Part shown: piece by piece, positions 1-7,661 of the stretch
Position numbering within the stretch: the first letter of the stretch is position 1
How the letters are laid out: each line of letters starts with the position of its first letter
From: Paraspadella gotoi
Lineage: Eukaryota; Animalia; Chaetognatha
Direction: 5' to 3'
DNA: 10,647 nt
Assembly: GCA_051294375.1 (NCBI GenBank)
Contig: JBJCIZ010001247.1
Coordinates: forward strand, 1-10,647
Program-made: the position numbers and the translations under genes
The notes under the pieces: model-generated
The model's input: the letters and a program-made list of their open reading frames with translations, nothing else
Told to the model about the DNA's origin: nothing
Database searches by the model: none

Positions 1-142
1 ATCTTCTCTTTTTAAAAATTAATCTCTCCCTTCTTCATCTCTCTTTGTCTACTCCCACCCGTTAATTCGCGAAGCCAGTAAAAAAGCGCCGGACTTGGTC
101 GGGATTCCAAAGATTTAATAAAGCTTCATTTTCGTCCGGCGA

Positions 143-174
143 CAGACAGAGAGACGATGGAGAGAGTAAGAAGA

Positions 175-205
<31 letters not shown>

Positions 206-258
206 AGAGAGAGGAAGAGAGATAGAGAGGAGGAGAGAGACAAGAGAGAGAGAGAGAG
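143..258 (+). repeat. Compound (GA)n microsatellite / polypurine tract
   Basis: Visible GAGAGA runs (purest ~176-200) interrupted by GAA/GGA/GACA variants. Confidence 0.95.
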
Positions 259-396
259 AAAACAACATAAAAACATAAGGACAAAATTGAATTATAAGAG
301 AAAGAGAAAAAAAAATTCCTTCATCTCTCATTCATATTCCCCTCCGAAAAACTGGGAGGCGTCATTTCCTCGTTATTAACGGCGGTTCGAAAGAAA

Positions 397-434
397 GGGG
401 CGGGAAGGGGAGGGGAGGGGGGAGGGGAGGGGGG
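397..434 (+). promoter_or_regulatory. G-quadruplex-forming motif starting with a GC box (GGGGCGGG)
   Basis: Seven G-runs of 3-6 nt with 1-2 nt loops: GGGG C GGG AA GGGG A GGGG A GGGGGG A GGGG A GGGGGG. The motif match is direct; function is inferred. Confidence 0.6.
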
Positions 435-480
435 TTAGGTTTTTAGTGATTGGAGACACCTGTGGAAATGGGCCGGATTT

Positions 481-485
<5 letters not shown>

Positions 486-515
<30 letters not shown>
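486..515 (+). repeat. (GAC)10 microsatellite
   Basis: Ten perfect GAC units. Confidence 0.97.
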
Positions 516-517
<2 letters not shown>

Positions 518-539
518 AGGACGTGGCGATTAGTTTTGC

Positions 540-577
540 TCTTTCTTTTTTTTTTTTTTTTTTTCTTTTTTCTTTTT
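540..577 (+). repeat. Poly(T)-rich tract
   Basis: Near-pure T run with a few C interruptions. Confidence 0.9.
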
Positions 578-863
578 CCTCCCGGCGTTAATGAATGATG
601 AGGTCGTTAATACGGAGAAGGAGAAACGTCAAAGCGTCGTGGACAAAGATATGTGACATCTGGCCTCGACGATGGTGGAAGCACTTGGACCCTGGCAGTG
701 CGAGTTGTTTGTTGTCGTCGTTGTTGGTCGTTGCTCCTCTTGTGGTTTCGTTAGTTTATCGTTCGCTATTAATTATTTATTATTCGCTTGACCCGAGGAC
801 GAAGCGGACGGCTGTTTCAGCAAAACGCTGCCATGTTGCTAAGGGATGTCATTTTGTGCGCTG

Positions 864-981
864 ATGCAAGGAGTCATTGCAATTGAGCGTGGTAAGGACA
901 GCTGGTCGATGTCGCCTCGAATGCAGGGAAACCTATTTGCGTTGTTGTTGTCCCTGTTCGTTGCCGCCCAAATTGACGTCG
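864..981 (+). CDS. Candidate first coding exon encoding a signal-peptide-like N-terminus (MQGVIAIERGKDSWSMSPRMQGNLFALLLSLFVAAQIDV+1 nt)
   Basis: In-frame ATGs at 864, 909 and 921; hydrophobic core LFALLLSLFVAA; strong donor G|GTAAGA at 982 in phase 1. No homology recognised. Not in the ORF track because it is short. Confidence 0.35.
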
Positions 982-1597
982 GTAAGATGCCGGTGAGACA
1001 GTGAATCGATTGAAGGAGGGTGGGGCAGTGAAAGTGACCGTTGAAAGGAGGAACGGCGTGATTGTGATGTTAACGAGAAGAATGGGAGGGTGTTTGAGTG
1101 AGGGTGCAAGAGGGGCAAAGGGGAGCCAAAGGATGAGACAAATTTCGACCTCATTAAATTTTTGGACAGTTGAATATATTTTCCCAACGGGTTCATTTTT
1201 TATTGGAGGAAGGGAAAATCTGTTGAATTAGGAAGAAAGGGATTGAAAAGGAAAATGTGAAGAAAAAAGGTAGAAAGAAATGGGAAGAGATGAAAAGTAA
1301 TCTGTTTTATAGTTAAAAGAATAAAAGATTATTAAAATTCGTACTAAGTTTTGACTTAAAAATCAAAAAATGTACAATTATATTTTACTATAATTGCACT
1401 AAAGTTTTTTTTAAAGTTTAAAAAGTAGTCTATGGTAATAGTTAAAGGTAGATGAAAGAAGATCTGTGAATTTGATTATTGTAAGCTGTTGATTCTATTC
1501 CGAGAAAGAAAAATAAAAGAGCGGAAACAAAAGAGGATGAATTAATGCGAAAGGAAAAAAATATTTAGAATTTTTGAAGTGATTGCTTAATTCCAAA

Positions 1598-2030
1598 GGA
1601 TTAGAAGAGGAAAGAACGAAAAAGGAAAGGAGGGGAAATATGAAGAGATTAGAGGGAAAGGGAGATTTAGAGAGGGGAGAAAGAGGAAAGGAGGGGAAAT
1701 ATGAAGAGAATTAGAGGAAAAGAGGATTAGAGAGGGGAGAAAGAGGAAAGAGGGGAAATATGAAGAGTTAGAGGAAAGGAAAGCGATTAGAGAGGGAGGA
1801 AAGAGGAAAGGAGAGAAAATTATGAATGAGATTTAAGGAAGGGAGGATTAGAGAGGGGAAAGAGGAAAGAAGGGGTAAAAAATGAAGAGATCTAGAGGAG
1901 GGGAGAATTAGAGAGGGGGGAAAAAGGAAGGAGGGGAAAAATATGAAGAAGATTAAATGAAGGGCAGAGAATTAGTAGGGAGGAAATAGGAAAGATAAAA
2001 TTATATGGAAAGAGAATTGGAAGATAAGAG
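1598..2030 (+). repeat. Degenerate ~60-bp minisatellite, about 7 copies
   Basis: Lines starting 1621, 1681, 1741, 1801, 1861 and 1921 align in register. Approximate consensus AAGAGGAAAGGAGGGGAAATATGAAGAGATTAGAGGAAARGRAGGATTAGAGAGGGGAGA. Partial or decayed copies at both ends. Confidence 0.92.
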
Positions 2031-2213
2031 AAGGAAGGAGGAGAAAAGTAGCGAAAACTTATTGATTTGTACCAATTGTCATTAATAATTAAAATGCAAA
2101 AATAAAGTGGAAAAACAATGAATGTAAAGATTGCAAAAAGGAAAGTATGTCCGGATTAGAAAAAAGGAAAATGAAGTTGATGAATAAAAATTAAAGAAAG
2201 AATGCAGAGATGT

Positions 2214-2247
2214 AAGAAGAGAGATGAGAGAGAGAGAGAGGAGAGAC

Positions 2248-2280
<33 letters not shown>

Positions 2281-2315
2281 GAGAGAGAAGAGAGACGGAG
2301 AGAGAGAGAGAGAGA
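2214..2315 (+). repeat. Compound (GA)n microsatellite
   Basis: Visible GA runs with GGA/GACA/GACG interruptions. Confidence 0.95.
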
Positions 2316-2493
2316 CTGCCAACGATCGATGAGCCCCGGTTAAGCCATTCGCTCATCATTTATTGCAATTTGTTCATGTTACCTGCGTCCTCCATATGTC
2401 GTCGTCTCGTCGTCGTCGTCGTCCCGCTGTCGTTCGTAAAAAAATTTAACGAGTTTCCAGCGCGAAACGAACGAACAAGTTTTTCTCGTTCGT

Positions 2494-2578
<85 letters not shown>

Positions 2579-2603
2579 ACTCTCTTCTTCTTCTCTTTCC
2601 TTC
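2494..2603 (+). repeat. (TC)n microsatellite / pure polypyrimidine tract
   Basis: Two long CT runs separated by a short C run, grading into TTC; ends directly at TTCCAG (2601-2606). Confidence 0.95.
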
Positions 2604-2606
2604 CAG

Positions 2607-2910
2607 GGAAGAACTTTGCGTTTATTTGTTCTCCGGGAATCGTCGTGTCAGTCGTCATCGACGTCGCTCCTTCTCGTGTTATGTCGCTCCTCTTCCTCCC
2701 CGTTATTAATCCCCTCTTCCTCCTCCTCCTCCTCCTCCTCCTCCTCCATGCTCGGAGCAAGCAATTTTCTCTCTTCTGGTTTAGATCAGCTTCAGCAGCT
2801 CGGATACATCGCGATGGCATTTTTCCTCCTCTGGAGATCTGTCCTCTCGTCGTGTTGTTTTCGTCGTCGTCGTCGTTGTTGTTTTGTTGCTATTGTTTTT
2901 TTCTTTCCTC
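2607..2910 (+). other. Candidate exon (possible 5' UTR plus coding start at ATG 2748 or 2814)
   Basis: Acceptor TTCCAG|G after a ~110-nt pyrimidine tract; donor-like C|GTACGT at 2911. Frame from 2748 reads MLGASNFLSSGLDQLQQLGYIAMAFFLLWRSVLSSCCFRRRRRCCFVAIVFFFP and ends in phase 1. ATG 2814 has the context gcgATGG. No homology recognised. Confidence 0.25.
2718..2747 (+). repeat. (TCC)10 microsatellite
   Basis: Ten perfect TCC units immediately before ATG 2748. Confidence 0.95.
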
Positions 2911-3139
2911 GTACGTAATTTTCTTCATTTGACATCGTGAATAATTTTCTACAAGCAATCAACAAATTTTTTTTTTTAAAAAGCGTTCCTATCATTCGTT
3001 TAAAAACAAAACCATATTCGTGAATCATTGAAATATTTTGGTTCGTTTCTCTAAATAAATTAAAAAAAACTTGGTTTGTTAAACTTGTTTTTCATTAAAA
3101 GAAACGTTTTTGCTTCCGGTTTCTTTACTTTATCCTTGG

Positions 3140-3618
3140 AAAAAAGAGTGAAAGGGACTGAGAGAAGAGAAGAAAGAGGAAGTGGAAGATGGAAAGAGAA
3201 GGAAAGAAAGAAGAAAGAAAAAAAAGGAGAAAGAGAAATAAAAGCGTTTGAAAGAGAAGAGAAGAAAAAGCAGAATAAAAAAAAGGAGAAAGAAAGGGAA
3301 GAATTGAAAAGAGAAGAAAAGAATAAGAAAGAAAATAAAGAGAAGAAAGATATAAAAATTAATAAAAGGAAAGAAAGAAAGAAAGAAAGAAAGAAAGAAA
3401 AGGAAAGAAAGAAAGAAAGAAAGAAAGAGAGAAAGGAAGAAGAGAGAAGAAAAATTGAAAAAAATAAATGAAAAAAAGAAAACAGAGAGGAAAAGAAGAG
3501 AAGAAGAAATAAAGAGAAAGAAAGTAAGAAGAAGAAAAGAAAGAAAGAAAGAAAAGAAAAAAAGAAAACAAAAAAAAAAAAAAAAAAAAAAAAAACCAAA
3601 AAAAAAAAAAAAAAAATA

Positions 3619-3649
<31 letters not shown>

Positions 3650-3790
3650 AAAAAAAAAAAAACAACAAAAAAGACAAGAGAATGGGGGAAAGAAAGAAAG
3701 AAAGAAAGAAAAGAAAGAAAAGAAAAGAAAGGAGACAAGAAAAATAATAGAAAAAACAAAAACAAAACCAAATGAAAAAGTAACGAAAAT
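3140..3790 (+). repeat. Long A/G-rich low-complexity block with (GAAA)n runs and interrupted poly(A)
   Basis: (GAAA)n at ~3370-3430, 3535-3555 and 3690-3730; near-pure A at ~3556-3672. Confidence 0.92.
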
Positions 3791-4052
3791 CAGTCAAGCA
3801 ATCAAGCAAAGCAAGCCAGCACGCTTTCTTCAATGCGTCCAATCATCGGAAAATTCACGATATTCAGTTTTCAGCAGATGACGCCTTTTTATCTGCAGCG
3901 GGAATTAAAACGAACACAAAAAAAAAGAATAATAAAAATTCAAAAAATAAAAACGAATAAAAAAAGAAAAGAAGAATAGAGCAAATAAAACAGGAACGAA
4001 AAGGCAAATAAAAAGGCCAAAAAAAAGGGAAAAATGAGCATCTGGTTCGGTA

Positions 4053-4150
4053 TCTCTCTCTCTCTCTCCTCTCTCCTCTCTACTCTCTCTCTCTCTCTCT
4101 CTCTTCTCTCTTTCCTCTCTCTCTCTCTTCTCTTCTCTCTCTTCTCTCGC
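4053..4150 (+). repeat. Compound (TC)n microsatellite
   Basis: Visible CT runs with CCT/CTT interruptions. Confidence 0.93.
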
Positions 4151-4236
4151 CTCCAAAATAGACGACTCTCCGCGATATCCATTCTGCCACGAATTTTCAA
4201 AACAATAAAATCTTTCCGCCGAACCTCAACGGACCT

Positions 4237-4380
4237 CTTTCTGTTTCTGTTTTCTGTTTTTCTCGGTCGTTTTCTGTTTCTGTTTTATATTTTGTTTCGT
4301 TCTGTTTTTACTCTGTCTTTTTTCTATTCTTTCGTCTGTTTCTGCTCTTCTCTTTCCCTTTTGATTTGTTTTCTGTTTCT
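4237..4380 (+). repeat. Degenerate (TTTCTG)n-type simple repeat
   Basis: Recurring TTTCTGTTT / TTCTGTTTT units, e.g. CTTTCTGTTTCTGTTTTCTGTTTT at 4237-4260. Confidence 0.75.
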
Positions 4381-5579
4381 CTCCGTTCCTTCCAAAGCGA
4401 CTTCTCCTTATTCTTTAAACCTTGTCTCCCTTTATTTATTTCAGGTCTTCTCCTTTCTTTTCTTTTTTTTTCTTTTCTTTTTCTTTTTATTTTTCTTTTT
4501 TTCTTTCTTCCTTTCTTCTTTAAAAAATTGGAAAAAAGAAAGAGAAAAAAAAAAAAGTCGAGTTTCCATTCGATTTCGTCGAAAAGCGTTTTTTTTTTTT
4601 TCTTTGAGATTTAAAAGTCCATTTAGGGACCTCATTTTTTTTTTTATTTTCTGCTCCTTTTTAAGGATTTAAAAAATCTCCATTCTCGAGTTATTGATTA
4701 ATCCTTTTTTCTTCCCATTGAAAACTTGAAAAAGATTATTACTGTGTTAAGTTTTTTAGTATTTAATTTTAATCTAATTTAATCAAGTATATTCAATTAC
4801 GTTTTACGACTCTCTTTGATTGCATTTCCTAAACAGAAGGGTTATCTTGAAACGGTTTCTTTAAGTAGATCTTCAGCGATATTGTTAACGTTGTTAATTA
4901 TAATCTTAACCAAAACAGTTATAATTTTTAGGCCTCGTAGGTTCTTCTTTTCTGTAAACTTTTTACTCAAAATCTCAAAATAAATCATCTCTTTCTCGAC
5001 TCTTCCTCATTTCTCAGAAAAGCTTCGGCTGAAATGAAGGGAATTCGTTAGAAAATCATGGTTCGACGAAAGAAGCGGTTTTGAAGGAATATTAAATCCT
5101 TTTTATACGTTTTGGTCTTTGACACCGTTTAATTAAATTAAAAGGCGAAGAAAATCTGCGCGAAAAGCGCTTCTGCTAGTTCTTCGTTGGTTAAAAACTT
5201 ACCATCAATTCATTTCATTTCTTTTTTTATTTAACTTCCTATTTGGCCTAATCGGGGTGATTATGACTGTCTCATCCGCCGCGCGTCGCAACAGTACACA
5301 ACAAAAGAATCGGACTATCCTCATTTCAACAATAGGTAACTCCTAATCTAGATTATTTTTGCTCCGTCGTTCGTATCTTTTAAACGTCCCTCAAACAATC
5401 GTATTCCTTGCGATTACGACGCAAGGCAATACCTCACGTGCGACTGACAACTGTTCTCAACAGACCATCTTATAGATGCTTCCGTCGTCGTCGTCGTCGT
5501 TCTCCGTTGTTCTCGTCTCTTCCACCTTTCTACGATCAACAGGACATAAAAAACGTTTGCTCACTTTCCCTAATCAAAA

Positions 5580-6195
5580 CTATTTTCTTTTCTTTTTTAT
5601 TCAGGAAATTTCGTTCCACTCATCTTCTTCTTTCTTTATTTCTCGCTTTCTTCTCTTTCCTTTTCTCCTTCTTTTCTTCTTTCCTTTCTTTCTTTCCTTC
5701 TTCTTCTTTCTTCTTCTCTTATATTTCTTTCCTTTCATTCGTCTTCCTTTCTTTCACCACTGCAAATATCTACTCCCATTTATCGTCTCGATGTACCTCT
5801 TCTTCATGCTCATCTTTACTTGTACTTACTCGCTCTTCATTCTCTTCTGTCTTGTTACCTTCGTCTGTATTTCATTTGCGCGCTTTTTCACTTTATGGTT
5901 GGTCCTCATTTCTTCGTCTCATCTACTCTACTTTCTTCTTCTCTCTTTTTCTCTACTCATTTTCTCCTTTTTTACCTGACTTTCCATTGCTTCAAAACGC
6001 TCTTTGGTTAAACAAAGCTTTCGTACTTCTAAAAACGAACAGAAGTCGCTCCTGCGGCTCTCCAAAGTCTTTCAACAAGCTCTCGCTCTCTGCTGCGTCT
6101 CATCTCTCCTACCCTCTCCCCTCTCTCCTGTCTCCATCTCTCTCTCTCTCTTCCTCCTCTCCTCTCCTCTCTCTCTCTCTCTCCTCTCTCTCTTG
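5580..6195 (+). repeat. Pyrimidine-rich low-complexity block ending in (TC)n
   Basis: TTC/TTTC-rich 5580-5990; CT-repeat-rich 6100-6195; short unique interruption ~5995-6095. Confidence 0.85.
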
Positions 6196-6659
6196 CGCTT
6201 ACTTTTTCGTTCACGGTTCCTAACAGATACACCTACAAGACACTGACGACTGACTGCTACAAGTTTCGCATCCATCGCTGCACAACACATTCACGAGATT
6301 CACTTTTATATTCCCAATCAATTTGAATTTTAAAAAAAACTCACGCGAACAACTGCACGCACCTCGGATCATTCCCCACTATTCCATATTTTTGTTTCTA
6401 TACACTCAATGTTATCACGGTGATTCATCTCGCCTTCATACGCCCAACGTATTAGATCCAATTTGGCGAGTAAGAAAACGCCAAATCGTCATTGCAGCGC
6501 CGCCTTCGACCGGCGAACTGTAATACAAACCAACAAACAACGAACTTCAGCTTTTTCCCCTCTCTTCCGTCTTCGCTGCTCGCCTTTCTCCTTTTCTTTT
6601 TCTCCTGCTGTCGGTACCTTTTCCTGCCTCTCCAAATCGATTGCCTTCACTTCCATTAA

Positions 6660-6860
6660 TTACGCACGCAGACCCCGGGCCGCGGCACCGCACGGCGAAA
6701 ACGACCGGCAGGGGAACTTTTTCATTGATCGCGCGGAGATGCCACAGGCGACAGGACGTCGAAGACGGACAACTATTCGATTTTTTTGCACGACAGACCG
6801 TTTAAGGAAACATTCTCCCCTTGTGCTTGGCCGGCCGGTCCATGCCTCCAGACGACGAGC
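6660..6860. other. Short GC/CpG-rich unique island
   Basis: GACCCCGGGCCGCGGCACCGCACGGCG..., GATCGCGCGG and GGCCGGCCGG stand out against the AT-rich background. Confidence 0.55.
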
Positions 6861-7139
6861 GATTAGAAAAAAATATCCTTTCTGTGGTAGGAAGTTCGGG
6901 TTGGAGAGACTGGGCGTTAGTGAAAATATCTTATATGAAAGGGAAGATTTTTAGAGACAGTGTGAAGAACAATATCTCCATTTTAGGAGGGGTTATTGGA
7001 TTGCGAAGGACCCAGTAGTAGAAGAAAATTTCAGAACACGTTATCCATCTTACCTCACAAAACCCAATTATTTTTTTCTATCGCGATGTTACTTTTTCTG
7101 ATTCTCCTCATCAGCTTTTCCGATTCTCCGTAACTTATC

Positions 7140-7430
7140 ATCTTCTCTCTCTCTAACCTCTCTCTCTCTCCTCCCGTCTCCTCTCTCTCTCTCTCTCCTC
7201 TCCTCTCCTCTCTCTCTCTCTCTCTCTTTCTATTCGTTTACATTTTTCTTTGTCCCCTCCTTCTCTCTCGATGTGACTCTTTTTCTCCTCAACTTTTCCC
7301 TTTTCCTTATTTTTACCTCTCTCTCTCCACCTTCTTCCTTCACTCCCCCCTAACCTCTTCGCCACTCCCCCCCACCCCAACTTTCCCCCTTTACCTCTTC
7401 CATCTCTTCCCCTCTCCCTCTCTCCCTCTC
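7140..7430 (+). repeat. (TC)n microsatellite and C-run-rich polypyrimidine block
   Basis: CT runs 7144-7230; C-runs at 7345-7350, 7367-7373, 7375-7378 and 7385-7389 (G4-type motif on the minus strand, with one long 16-nt loop). Confidence 0.9.
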
Positions 7431-7539
7431 TGAGAAAAACTTTATTTTTAGAGTCGCGTTTTTTCTCTCAAAAACTAAAAAAGTCTCCATAAACTTGTAT
7501 GGAACTCGATCTCGTGAACATATTGACGTAACGGCGAAT

Positions 7540-7560
7540 GACGACGACGACGACGACGAC
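7540..7560 (+). repeat. (GAC)7 microsatellite
   Basis: Seven perfect GAC units. Confidence 0.95.
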
Positions 7561-7596
7561 AAACGATAACACGACGACTGGCATTCTCTGTCTTAC

Positions 7597-7661
7597 CTCC
7601 TTTTGCTTCCCAAAGACGGCTGTGGCTGTGTGTTGCTCAAAGAGCGAGACTCTTCTAGAGG
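7597..7661 (-). other. Candidate 65-nt internal exon
   Basis: Minus strand reads tgtgactctccctcaacag|CCTCTAG...AAAAGGAG|gtaaga, a pyrimidine-preceded CAG acceptor and a strong donor. Two frames are open. Confidence 0.25.

Noticed and set aside
431-439. Telomere-like TTAGG (also CCTAA near 7349)
   Set aside because: Single copies, not tandem arrays.
595-864. C/D box snoRNA (ATGATGA at 595-601, CTGA at 861-864)
   Set aside because: The ~270-nt span is atypically long, there is no terminal stem, and I see no recognisable rRNA guide.
1598-2030. CRISPR array or coding repeat
   Set aside because: No conserved repeat with unique spacers, no cas genes and a eukaryotic context; units vary by indels and contain TAG/TGA stops.
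2202-2918. 238-aa ORF as a single-exon gene
   Set aside because: It runs through (GA)n, (TC)n, (TCC)n and (CGT)n, giving ER, SL and poly-S runs. Only the 3' part is kept as a weak exon candidate.
3060-3842. Long ORFs of 260, 213 and 131 aa (F/L/S-rich or K/E/R-rich)
   Set aside because: They are translations of A/G low-complexity DNA that lacks stop codons for compositional reasons; several frames and both strands are open together.
3874-3896. Small inverted repeat GCAGAT/ATCTGC
   Set aside because: Stems of 6-7 bp with short loops are expected several times by chance in 10 kb.
4034-4672. 212-aa 'membrane protein' and overlapping ORFs
   Set aside because: Hydrophobicity comes from T/C-rich simple sequence; no domain is recognisable.
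5408-6290. 271-aa, 167-aa and nested ORFs
   Set aside because: Pyrimidine-rich low complexity with multiple frames open; no protein-like composition.
6215-6325. Plus-strand exon after a pyrimidine tract (CCTAACAG|ATACACC...)
   Set aside because: The acceptor is plausible, but no convincing donor follows and the peptide is unrecognisable.
7045-7060. Strong minus-strand donor GAG|GTAAGA
   Set aside because: No pyrimidine-preceded acceptor lies upstream on that strand (purine-rich there); isolated donor matches are common by chance.
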